Of a DNA stretch of 57,766 nt, positions 19,483 to 28,542 are shown in pieces. The stretch covers positions 1 to 57,766 of IMG/VR virus record IMGVR_UViG_3300043399_000632; one strand, written 5' to 3'. The notes beneath the pieces were generated by a model. The model searched no databases, had not been told where the DNA came from, and was given only the letters and a program-made list of their open reading frames with translations. Origin of the DNA: a virus (taxonomy: Duplodnaviria; Caudoviricetes). The position numbers were made by a program, and so were the translations under genes. How positions within the stretch are numbered: the stretch's first letter is position 1; the number at the start of each line of letters is the position of its first letter.

Positions 19483-20118
19483 TCAGCCACCGATTGCTAA
19501 AGTGCGTACAGTTCTTCCAACTTGCTCGCCAATGCCTGTTGGTGCGCCGCCAGCTCCGTATTGTAGAGCGTTGTCATAGGCAATAGTAAGCGTGACGTCC
19601 ATCGCTTCAGTTGCGCTGCCATAATCTCCGCCTTGATAAGCTGCTTTTTGTACATAGCAGCCTAGCAAATCAAATGCTTCCAACACCGTAGGTGTATTAG
19701 CACCGTTGCCGCCATCTAGCAGTTCAATTCTCATGGTAAATTTGTAATCAATACCACTTGCTGCTGAACTCTGTTCAAAAAAGTCGAACTGCTTTTGAAC
19801 TTGTTGACCCACTAACTTAGTCACCGAGTTGCTAACGTCATCACGAAGTTTTAATTCAACGTTGTCCCAAGTATGTTTTCCAGCAAGTTTCACGGTGCTA
19901 TTATACACTGGTAACTTGATTTCTTCAAAGCTCAACGATGGGCGACCTACGTTAATCACTTGCTTAGTTATCTCTGTCGTTGGAGTGCCAGGCACTCCAA
20001 AGTTCTGTAATACAACCCTGAATCGATACTTCAACTTAGGCATCAGCAGACCTTGCGATGCGCTACTTTGATCGGTCGATAGAGGAACTGTAAATCTATT
20101 TAAACTTGATACTGGCAT
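19483..20118 (-). CDS. Tail tube protein (gp19-like)
   Basis: PKLKYRFRV, RPSLSFEEI, AGKHTW, LTIAYDNA; follows the sheath gene. Confidence 0.85.
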   Translation of the reverse strand: MPVSSLNRFTVPLSTDQSSASQGLLMPKLKYRFRVVLQNFGVPGTPTTEITKQVINVGRPSLSFEEIKLPVYNSTVKLAGKHTWDNVELKLRDDVSNSVTKLVGQQVQKQFDFFEQSSAASGIDYKFTMRIELLDGGNGANTPTVLEAFDLLGCYVQKAAYQGGDYGSATEAMDVTLTIAYDNALQYGAGGAPTGIGEQVGRTVRTLAIGG

Positions 20119-20150
20119 TATAAATGCTCCTTATTCTATTAATATTTACC

Positions 20151-23144
20151 TCATACCCCTGATGCAATAGAACCGGTCTTCTTAATTCTCAGAGGAATGT
20201 AGATAAATTCCACTGCCTTAACCGGTTCGACGGCAACATCTAACCATAGTTCCGATCTATCAATACGGGCATTTGTATTATTAGTCGTATCACATACAGT
20301 TACAAAGTCGTAGATTGCGCGTTGTCCAACTAGTTCTAACAACACACTATCAACAGCTGCTTTTAGTTCTCTGCGAGTCTGCTCGTCGTTTGGCTCAAAC
20401 AAGTACGGACGAGCTACAACACCTAACTGTCTACGTAGATAAGCAATTAATCTAGCAACGTTCATGCGGTCTAGTGCGCTTGTTCCACGATAGCGAGTCT
20501 TTTGTCCATAGTTAACCATACCAATACCCGGCATTGTAGCAATTGGGTTAATATTAACTGTAGACTGCTGTAGTACATCACGCAGGCTTTCGTGCAGAGA
20601 TGCTGTCTTAAACTCACCACTTGCCGAATCAATATAGCCCACACTAGTTGCGTTGTCAATGCCGCCTCTGCGAATGCCCGCAGGAGCAAACCATTGATAA
20701 CTCTTAGCGTCGCTGTTAACAATTGTGCGTAGCATCATGTGGCTTGGTGGAACAACAATATTGTTCCCTGCGTTATCAGTTGTGTATCCGCTAGGATAGA
20801 ACACTGACAGAAGTCCATAATCATCGGCACTAACTAATCCGTCATCACCGTTATCCAGTGCTGCTGCGGTGTTGGACCCCCAGGCAGCCAACGCGGTGCC
20901 ATTTGCTGGCAACCGGAATGGTGTATCGCCAACTACCATAGCAGTATATCCGCGATCAGCGTTGAATGCTAACATATTCTGAATTGCTTCAGGATATCCA
21001 GGAGCCGCCATTAGGTTGAACACAAGTGTGTCGGTATCTCTAATTGCTTGGTTACTGTCAATTAATGCTTTGAATGCGCTAGTAATAACACCACGTTGAG
21101 CAAATCTACCAAATCTTCCAGATCCGTCTTCATTTCTGTTTTCCTGGCTAACCCAACGAGCCTTTGCGTACCCGCTCATATCTTCAGAATTATAGCGAAT
21201 ATTAACGCCATTGTTAGCATCTAAGTTCAAGTAATTAGAAATGTACTTTTTAACATTATTACCAGACCTACGAGTATTCCACAACTTTGTTCCTTTGGGA
21301 TACAGCGCTGGATCTGGAGCGTCTGGGTCTAAGTAGTTGCTAGATAGCAGTTCAACGATAGTGCTAGGGGTTGTACTTGCGCCACTAGTTGCCCAACGAG
21401 CATCAGCAAACACCCAACCGTCTGGTGTTTCTTGATCCGTCACATCTTGTAACACCCATCCAGTATCAGTGCTATAAACGTACACATCTCTACCGTATCT
21501 TTCCATATCTGCAGTGCTTACCCAGATATCACCGTTAACCAGCGCGTTGCCTAAGCTGTTTACAGTTGGAGCTAGCGCGGCTACAATAGGACCTGCTGGG
21601 TCTGTTCCCGGAACTCCGTTTTTGTATCCAACCCATGTGGTACCGTTGTGGATCATAATATCCACATCAGTTACGGAATTATTGAACCACAATCTACCTT
21701 CAGCTGGAGCACCAACTGGGGCTTCGTCAGTTGCGACAAAGCTCAGTGGCTTCCAATTCGAAGAAATGTGACTAAAAGTAATAGTTGTTGCTGTGTTTAG
21801 CGGGTTAACAGCTGTATCTCCAGTAGGCGCGACAGATAGATTTGAAGTATTCGAACTTAAGAATCCACTCGATGCTAATGGCGTATTTGTGCCATCTAGA
21901 AATTCGATATCTCCACCTAGTGCGTGTTTAAACGACAGAGTGTTTGTTGTAGAGTTATATGTGGCAACTACGTTATTCAACTGACCACTACCGATATAAC
22001 CGTTGATCGCTGCCGGTATTTGCGCCGCAACACGCGAGTTCGGACTTGCCATGAAGCTCACAACAACTGGATTACCCCAATCAGTTGCTGAATTTGAACG
22101 AGTTTCTCTGATAAAGAATGACACCCCGCCGTCTACGGTTGCAGTTGTAACAACCGCTGTGGATACTGTCTCGCCTCCGTTGCTGCGTGTCCACAGTTTA
22201 AAATCCGCAGTAGTATACGTTCCGTGATCGTTATTTGTTTCAACGAATGTAGTGCCGACTGGAATATTTTTCCCGCCACCGGAATAGTCTAAGCTACGAA
22301 TCGCAGCTTGTCTACTTGTAGCAAATGTAGGCGTTGCGCTGACCCACGATTTAGTGCTTCCATTAAAGTATTTGAGAACCCAGTTCGCACCTTTTGCTGC
22401 GCTAGTCGTCTTGATCCAAACGCTTCCAGTTAGGGCGCCGGTTGTATTCGGATATGATGTGTGCGGAGAAACCCATACTTTTTTAGTTTCAAACCCGTCC
22501 TCAACAACAGTCCATGTATTTCCTGCGTTTTTGTACCACAACACAGCAACTGAGTTGCTTTTAATTACAATTGCGTAATCGCCGATTTTACCCAATGAAA
22601 CAGACGGAGTCCACCCATCGTCGGTGTCGGTCAAGTAATTGGTATCATCAATCACTAGCGGGACTTTATTAGTAAACTTGCTAGTAGTTGCATTCCACTC
22701 ATATACGCCGTAGAGCGAGTTATCAGTGTCTAACCAGTATCTACCAGCAACTGGGTTACCAGTCGGAATAGTAGTCGTTGGTTCTAATTGCGCAAGATCA
22801 ATATCAGCACGAACCACATACGCTTTAGAACTTGCTCCCAAGAGGCTGTAAGCAGCCTGTAGACCATATTCGTTTAGCTCATTTCCGTGTAAGCTGTTTC
22901 CGCTTGCGTCAGTATAGAATAAAGGGGTGCCAAAAGTATCTGTCAAATCTCTTTGACTAGTGATTGCCCATACTTTTCCAGCATTTGCGGCAGTTGTACC
23001 TTGCGCAGTGCCAGTCGCAGATGCATTGCTCTTGTCTTGAGCAGATGCGACAAATATCATAGGCACAGTTCCTGGTGCTGCTGGAGAATAAAAACTCTCG
23101 TCAATAACTGGAACTTGAACGCCTGGTGAACCTAGTGTAGCCAT
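20151..23144 (-). CDS. Contractile tail sheath protein (gp18-like, 997 aa)
   Basis: SPGVQV N-terminus, WFAPAGIRRG, INPI, SALDRMNVARL, FEPND, PVKAVEFIYI. Confidence 0.93.
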   Translation of the reverse strand: MATLGSPGVQVPVIDESFYSPAAPGTVPMIFVASAQDKSNASATGTAQGTTAANAGKVWAITSQRDLTDTFGTPLFYTDASGNSLHGNELNEYGLQAAYSLLGASSKAYVVRADIDLAQLEPTTTIPTGNPVAGRYWLDTDNSLYGVYEWNATTSKFTNKVPLVIDDTNYLTDTDDGWTPSVSLGKIGDYAIVIKSNSVAVLWYKNAGNTWTVVEDGFETKKVWVSPHTSYPNTTGALTGSVWIKTTSAAKGANWVLKYFNGSTKSWVSATPTFATSRQAAIRSLDYSGGGKNIPVGTTFVETNNDHGTYTTADFKLWTRSNGGETVSTAVVTTATVDGGVSFFIRETRSNSATDWGNPVVVSFMASPNSRVAAQIPAAINGYIGSGQLNNVVATYNSTTNTLSFKHALGGDIEFLDGTNTPLASSGFLSSNTSNLSVAPTGDTAVNPLNTATTITFSHISSNWKPLSFVATDEAPVGAPAEGRLWFNNSVTDVDIMIHNGTTWVGYKNGVPGTDPAGPIVAALAPTVNSLGNALVNGDIWVSTADMERYGRDVYVYSTDTGWVLQDVTDQETPDGWVFADARWATSGASTTPSTIVELLSSNYLDPDAPDPALYPKGTKLWNTRRSGNNVKKYISNYLNLDANNGVNIRYNSEDMSGYAKARWVSQENRNEDGSGRFGRFAQRGVITSAFKALIDSNQAIRDTDTLVFNLMAAPGYPEAIQNMLAFNADRGYTAMVVGDTPFRLPANGTALAAWGSNTAAALDNGDDGLVSADDYGLLSVFYPSGYTTDNAGNNIVVPPSHMMLRTIVNSDAKSYQWFAPAGIRRGGIDNATSVGYIDSASGEFKTASLHESLRDVLQQSTVNINPIATMPGIGMVNYGQKTRYRGTSALDRMNVARLIAYLRRQLGVVARPYLFEPNDEQTRRELKAAVDSVLLELVGQRAIYDFVTVCDTTNNTNARIDRSELWLDVAVEPVKAVEFIYIPLRIKKTGSIASGV

Positions 23145-23176
23145 TTCATCAATCTCCTTAATGGATTACTTGTTTA

Positions 23177-23213
23177 TATTTAGCAGTAAAACCCAAAAGT
23201 TGCTTGATAAATA
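23177..23213. promoter_or_regulatory. Divergent pair of late-type TAAATA boxes
   Basis: CTAAATA on minus (23177-23183, sheath) and GATAAATA on plus (23206-23213, HNH-like gene). Confidence 0.55.
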
Positions 23214-23244
23214 CCCAGTCAAAGGGCACTAAAAAGGGCGTAAA

Positions 23245-23580
23245 ATGAGGCAGTTGTGTAAAACATGTGAAAAAAGACCAGTAGCTATCAACTATTATAA
23301 AAACGGGAAAGCGTTTTTTCGGTCAACGTGCGACCACTGTGCTAGACAAAGTCGTAAAGAAAGACCCTTATGGGCCAGGTACGGATATGTGAAGAAAACC
23401 ACATGTGACCGATGTGGTTTTTCAAGCAAATACTCAGAGCAATTTGATGTGTTTTATGTTGACGGAAGTCCATCAAACTGCAAATTTAGCAATTTAAAAA
23501 CGCTTTGCGCTAACTGCCAACGGCTAGTTCACACCCTTAAGCTGCCTTGGAAAAGGGGTGACTTGACTCCAGACTTTTAA
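23245..23580 (+). CDS. Zn-binding HNH-fold protein, probably degenerate
   Basis: Four CxxC pairs and the DGxxxNxxxxNLxxLCxNC HNH scaffold. Confidence 0.65.
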   Translation: MRQLCKTCEKRPVAINYYKNGKAFFRSTCDHCARQSRKERPLWARYGYVKKTTCDRCGFSSKYSEQFDVFYVDGSPSNCKFSNLKTLCANCQRLVHTLKLPWKRGDLTPDF

Positions 23581-24205
23581 CCAAATGGTCTATTTGACTA
23601 TGAAGGTCATTAACTGTTGAATTGTTTGTGATTGTAAAATCTATATCTCCACCAATCCACGCCATCTCGCTTTCGTGAATGCCCAATGATTGGAGGTGTC
23701 GCTTGCTTGTACTCCAGCTCATGTTTCCAGTTGACCCTCGATTAACTGATTCAGCTGCGTCAAACCATTCAGGGTCTGGTCCTCTTTTTACTCGGACTAC
23801 TATGCCTCCAGCAGCATGAATGGCGGCAATTTCATTAGCAAATCTGACGTCAGTAATCACAACATTATCAGTGGTTTGGCGTAATCTGTTTTCTAGACTA
23901 GCGACCCATAGATCGTTGTGCAAGTGATGTCTACAGATATTTGTTGCGTAGTGCTGCATCATCAACCTGGGAGTGAGATTTTCAATCCCTAGCCTTTCGG
24001 ACCACCAAGCATCGACGGTATTTCTCCAATTTCGACTTTCCTCAGTAATACCTTCTAATAACTCGCGATCCCAACCAAAAATGGAAGACAACGAATCTTT
24101 CACTGAAGCTGCGAAACTATCTCGCCTAAAACCGCAATTATCAACCAAAAATGAAGCAGCGGTGTTTTTGCCGCTGCCAATCAATCCAACAAATCCAACA
24201 ATCAT
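23537..24205 (-). CDS. Deoxynucleoside monophosphate kinase (T4 gp1-like)
   Basis: GLIGSGKNT, SFAASVK, TPRLMMQ, ITDVRFANE, HESE. Confidence 0.88.
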   Translation of the reverse strand: MIVGFVGLIGSGKNTAASFLVDNCGFRRDSFAASVKDSLSSIFGWDRELLEGITEESRNWRNTVDAWWSERLGIENLTPRLMMQHYATNICRHHLHNDLWVASLENRLRQTTDNVVITDVRFANEIAAIHAAGGIVVRVKRGPDPEWFDAAESVNRGSTGNMSWSTSKRHLQSLGIHESEMAWIGGDIDFTITNNSTVNDLHSQIDHLVKSLESSHPFSKAA

Positions 24206-24226
24206 AGAAACCTTTCTTGTTTCTAT

Positions 24227-24255
24227 ATGTTATGACATTATTACATTCATGTCAA
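24227..24255 (-). promoter_or_regulatory. Sigma70-like promoter for the dNMP kinase
   Basis: TTGACA-N17-TAACAT. Confidence 0.65.
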
Positions 24256-24260
24256 CAGTG

Positions 24261-25019
24261 TTAGCCAACAACGAAGGAAAACGGTGTTCCACCATCTTTG
24301 TAGTTGATGATGTCCTGGTCTAATGTCTCGATTTCAGCTTTACCTTCAGCCTTTAAAGCAGTGCCATTGAGAGCAGTCCCACCTTGCGGGCCAGCAATTT
24401 GAGCAAACTTTTCACGAGCCTCACCTAACATGATTTTACAAGTTGCTAGGGCATAATCACGAAGCCAAGAACCCGCAAATGTATCTTGGATCAAGTTGAA
24501 ATCTGGACGATGATTGTCGACTAGAAGTAGGACTTCTTCTTCAGTCCTAGGTCGTTGATCGATTGTTAGTAGTTTTGTAGTTCGATTAAAATTGAAATTT
24601 ATTTCACTGCCGAACATTTTACCTACTAGTTTTTGGTAGCTAGCAAAGGCATAATAGGTAGCAAGACCGCCCATGTTAGTGCTTGTCAGCAAGTATGTGT
24701 TACTATAAGCCAAATTAAACGGTTCGAATAAACTTCCGCCATCTCCTCCGCCAGTGCGACTGCCAATACTTCTTCGATAGATTCTACGAACGTTTTCAAT
24801 TTCCGGAGCTAATACGTAGTTATTCTGGTCAGTCTGTAGATGTAAAAACGCAAAGCTCTGTTCAACACTATTTGAACTTCGTTGCCTAAACTTGCGCAAC
24901 GCTCTATCAATTGCAGTGTTATAGTGAGCAGGGTCTAGTTCAACATCAATCAGGCCGTCGCCTAACATTAGTTTAATATAATCTACTACTTGTTGTCGTT
25001 GATTTTCTGAGTCAGTCAT
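24261..25019 (-). CDS. Neck protein (gp13-like)
   Basis: LGDGLIDVELD, WLRDYALA..K..LG..R.KF....GPQGG..LNG. Start reassigned to ATG 25019, 5 nt after GATAAATA. Confidence 0.8.
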   Translation of the reverse strand: MTDSENQRQQVVDYIKLMLGDGLIDVELDPAHYNTAIDRALRKFRQRSSNSVEQSFAFLHLQTDQNNYVLAPEIENVRRIYRRSIGSRTGGGDGGSLFEPFNLAYSNTYLLTSTNMGGLATYYAFASYQKLVGKMFGSEINFNFNRTTKLLTIDQRPRTEEEVLLLVDNHRPDFNLIQDTFAGSWLRDYALATCKIMLGEAREKFAQIAGPQGGTALNGTALKAEGKAEIETLDQDIINYKDGGTPFSFVVG

Positions 25020-25024
25020 GCTTT

Positions 25025-25053
25025 TATTTATCATGTGTTTTGGCTAATAAATA
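25025..25053. promoter_or_regulatory. Back-to-back late-type boxes for the two neck genes
   Basis: GATAAATA on minus (25025-25032) and AATAAATA on plus (25046-25053). Confidence 0.7.
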
Positions 25054-25060
25054 CACTACT

Positions 25061-26254
25061 ATGCCAAAATTGTCACTATATCGTCCAGAAAAGGGGAATG
25101 ACTTTAAGTTTCTCGATAGAAACATCGAAGAGCAGTTCCAAGTCGGAGGAGTTGATTGCTTTATTCACAAATATCTTGGGCCTACGAACCCGGCTGATGG
25201 CGAATCAACACCTAGCATCCCTACACAGACCAACGATATTCCTGAATTGGGAATTCAAGATATCCTTTTTGGAGAAAACAGGGATCGAAGATATGATCCC
25301 GATGTATACGTTCTTCGAGGAATTTATAGTATGCAAGATGTAGAATTTAACCTGAGTCAGTTTGGGTTATTCCTACAGAATGATGTTGTACTAATGCATT
25401 TCCACCTAAGATCTAGCGTTGAGAATTTTGGCAGAAAACTTATGGCTGGAGATGTTATTGAGCTGCCACATCTAAAAGACGAATACGCATTAGACACTGC
25501 CGCCGTTGCTCTAAAAAGATTCTATGTTATACAAGATGTCACTCGACCGGCGAACGGGTTTAGTCAAACTTGGTACCCGCATCTAATCAGGGCTAAGTGT
25601 GTTCCCCTAGTTGATAGTCAAGAATTTAGTGAAATTTTAGATGCAGATCTAAAAGACGCTGATGGAAATGACACCGGTAGCAGCTTACGAGACCTAATTT
25701 CTCAATATAATACTAACATAGAGATAAACGATCAAATACTAGCACAAGCCGACGCAGATGCTGCTATGAGCGGGTACGATACAACTCACATGTACGCAAT
25801 ACCACTGCGGCCTGATGGCACCATCGACGTAGCGGATGCGTCAATTGACGACATTGATGTTAGTTTAGAAAACATAGCAATGGATGCTAGCATTGTGCTG
25901 CAGAGTCCAACTAGAAATGTGTATATTGGTTATTTGACAGGTGATGGTATCCCCCCAAATGGCGCTCCGTTTGCTTCAGGGGTGTCATTTCCAAGCAATC
26001 CCGTTAAGGGTCAATTCCATTTAAGAACTGATCATATGCCAAACAGGCTTTATAGGTTCGATGGCTCCAACTGGATCAACTACGAAAACAATGTCCGAAT
26101 GACGCTCAACAACTCGGGCACTGATAACACAAAGCCGAGATATACCCAAAAGGCCGGATTCATTAATAACAACAACACTGCAACTATTGCCGGCGAAGTT
26201 GTTCAAGAACGCCAGGCACTCAGCAAAGCACTTCGCCCTAAGGCGGATATTTAA
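25061..26254 (+). CDS. Neck/head-closure protein (gp14-like)
   Basis: LFGENRDR, LSQFGLF, GDVIELPHL; lies between gp13-like and gp15-like genes; start reassigned to ATG 25061. Confidence 0.6.
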   Translation: MPKLSLYRPEKGNDFKFLDRNIEEQFQVGGVDCFIHKYLGPTNPADGESTPSIPTQTNDIPELGIQDILFGENRDRRYDPDVYVLRGIYSMQDVEFNLSQFGLFLQNDVVLMHFHLRSSVENFGRKLMAGDVIELPHLKDEYALDTAAVALKRFYVIQDVTRPANGFSQTWYPHLIRAKCVPLVDSQEFSEILDADLKDADGNDTGSSLRDLISQYNTNIEINDQILAQADADAAMSGYDTTHMYAIPLRPDGTIDVADASIDDIDVSLENIAMDASIVLQSPTRNVYIGYLTGDGIPPNGAPFASGVSFPSNPVKGQFHLRTDHMPNRLYRFDGSNWINYENNVRMTLNNSGTDNTKPRYTQKAGFINNNNTATIAGEVVQERQALSKALRPKADI

Positions 26255-26285
26255 GGAGGCTCCAGGTTAACACTGGTGTATAATC

Positions 26286-27668
26286 ATAGATTATTGGTAT
26301 GATGGACAAATACGGCGTTACTTAACGCAATTCATGAGAGTTATGAGCAACTTTGGTTACAAAGATGCCAAAGGCAAGGTAACCAGAGTCCCTGTTCGAT
26401 ACGGCGACGTGAATCGTCAAGTTGCTTCTATCTTAAGAAAGAACAGCGAAAACTCGATGCCTACAGCACCTCTTATTTCTTGTTACATCAAAGATTTACA
26501 ATTTGATATTACTAGACTTCAGGATCCTACGTTTGTTAGTAAAGTACATATTCGGGAGCGAGAATTTGATAGTGAAAACAATGTTTATCTAAATACTCAA
26601 GGGAAGAATTATACAGTCGAACGCATAATGCCAAGCCCTTATCAGATCACCTTTCAAGCCGATATGTGGTTTACGAACACTGAGCAAAAGTTACAAATTT
26701 TCGAACAAATTGCAGTGTTGTTCAATCCTAGTTTAGAAATTCAAACAACTGATAACTATATCGACTGGACAAGCCTGAGTGTGCTGACACTGGACAACAT
26801 TACATTCTCTAGTCGATCAATTCCCCAAGGAGTTGAGCAGGACATCGATGTGCTAACTATGATGTTTAAGGCTCCAATTTGGATTACACCACCAGCTAAA
26901 GTAAAAAAGCTTGGCATTGTTACCAAGATAATCACAGATGTTTTTGCCTTGAATCAGGACGAACTACAAAATAACTACAGTACTCCGGAATCCGTGTTAG
27001 ATTTCGGTGAAAAAGATAGTCGCATTGTAGTCACTCCGGGAAACTTTGATTTACTTGTTCTAGACAACGCAGCCACATTAGTAAAGTCGTCAACTCTGAT
27101 GGATAGTCTGACATCACACCCGTCTGGAGCAACACCGTGGTTTAGGTTACTTGATTTATATCCTGGAAAATTTAGAGCCGGGTTAAGCCAACTTAGACTT
27201 AGAAAATCTGATGGTAATGAAATTGTGGCATACATTAGTTTAGATCCTATGGACGATCAAAAAATGCTACTAAATTTTGATCAAGACACTATTCCCACAG
27301 ATACATATATTCAAGGTAGAGGAACAATTGATGCTATTATTGATCCTCAAACATACAACCCCAGGGTCTTGAATCCAGGTACCAGGTTCCTAATTCTAGA
27401 AAATATCAATCATAATATTGATTACGAAAACTACGACGGTCCGGACGCATGGAAGAATTCTGATGGATCTGAGTTTCAAGCCAATGCCAACGATATTATC
27501 GAATGGGATGGCGGGTCCTGGAACGTTGTATTCAATTCTTTAGAGTCTTCAGATCTGGTTTACATAACTAATACATACACTGGTATACAATACAAATGGG
27601 ATAGTAACCAGTGGACTAAAAGCTTCGAAGGGGTATACGATCAAGAATTATGGAGACTGATCCTATAA
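26286..27668 (+). CDS. Tail terminator / sheath stabiliser (gp15-like) with C-terminal extension; probable non-canonical start at ATA 26286 (first ATG is 26334)
   Basis: YDGQIRRY lies upstream of the first ATG; VPVRYG, PSPY, QKLQIFEQI..LFNP, PIWITPP. Confidence 0.72.
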   Translation: MDYWYDGQIRRYLTQFMRVMSNFGYKDAKGKVTRVPVRYGDVNRQVASILRKNSENSMPTAPLISCYIKDLQFDITRLQDPTFVSKVHIREREFDSENNVYLNTQGKNYTVERIMPSPYQITFQADMWFTNTEQKLQIFEQIAVLFNPSLEIQTTDNYIDWTSLSVLTLDNITFSSRSIPQGVEQDIDVLTMMFKAPIWITPPAKVKKLGIVTKIITDVFALNQDELQNNYSTPESVLDFGEKDSRIVVTPGNFDLLVLDNAATLVKSSTLMDSLTSHPSGATPWFRLLDLYPGKFRAGLSQLRLRKSDGNEIVAYISLDPMDDQKMLLNFDQDTIPTDTYIQGRGTIDAIIDPQTYNPRVLNPGTRFLILENINHNIDYENYDGPDAWKNSDGSEFQANANDIIEWDGGSWNVVFNSLESSDLVYITNTYTGIQYKWDSNQWTKSFEGVYDQELWRLIL

Positions 27669-28090
27669 ATCACATCATTTGTAGTGGCGGTATGTTCATC
27701 GCCCGTGATACAAAACGGTTCTTATTTTTGTTGAGAACTCAGGGAAGAACTGCCGGTATGTGGGGATTTGCAGGTGGGAAAAAAGAACCCAACGATTATA
27801 CTCCGATTGATACTCTTAAAAGAGAAATCCTTGAAGAAGTCGGGGACACACCACCTATAGAAAAAGTTGTACCTTTGGAATTATTCACTAGCAATGATCA
27901 AAGGTTTCACTACCATACCTACGCCATCATTGTCAATAATGAGTTTATACCAACGCTCAACAGTGAACATTCTGGATACGCATGGTGTGCTTATGATTTT
28001 TGGCCAAAGCCATTACATCAAGGTGTAAAAAATAGCCTTAGTGACCGCATCACTAAGGCTAAACTTGAATTACTTTTAGAACTAATTTAA
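27650..28090 (+). CDS. NUDIX hydrolase
   Basis: GGKKEPND....LKREILEEVG Nudix box; EHSGYAW. Confidence 0.88.
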   Translation: METDPINHIICSGGMFIARDTKRFLFLLRTQGRTAGMWGFAGGKKEPNDYTPIDTLKREILEEVGDTPPIEKVVPLELFTSNDQRFHYHTYAIIVNNEFIPTLNSEHSGYAWCAYDFWPKPLHQGVKNSLSDRITKAKLELLLELI

Positions 28091-28542
28091 CTAAAATTAT
28101 CGGTCACAGCTGCGACTACCACATCTGGAGACACAAACGAGTCTTCATTAAATTCTGCTTGCTCCCATAACCAAAATTGTTTATCTCTGAGGTAGTCTCT
28201 AGACTTTAATAAGTTGATGTTTTCTTTGTGCCCAAAAATGTTTGGATCGCTTTGACCGAATATAGCAATTCCCCGAACACCGAGATCCCAACAAAAGTGC
28301 TGACCAAAACTATCAACACCAATCCATGTATCGCATGATTGAATCAACTCTGCCAGTTGATCTAAAGATAGTCCCACTCTAAAATCCTCAGCAAGCTTTG
28401 GTTCTCCAGCAGTTCCGACTTGAATTACAGTATGACCTAGTTCAGTAAGTTTGGAGATAACTTCAGGCCACCATGGATAATTCTTTGGATGCTGCTTTTC
28501 TTCCCGCATTGTTTTAGCAAATGGGAAAATTACAATGTTCAT
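28087..28542 (-). CDS. Stand-alone C-terminal domain of a GT9 (heptosyltransferase-like) glycosyltransferase
   Basis: KNYPWW, VIQVG, LSLDQLAELIQSCDTWIGVDSFGQH, AIFG. Confidence 0.7.
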   Translation of the reverse strand: MNIVIFPFAKTMREEKQHPKNYPWWPEVISKLTELGHTVIQVGTAGEPKLAEDFRVGLSLDQLAELIQSCDTWIGVDSFGQHFCWDLGVRGIAIFGQSDPNIFGHKENINLLKSRDYLRDKQFWLWEQAEFNEDSFVSPDVVVAAVTDNFS

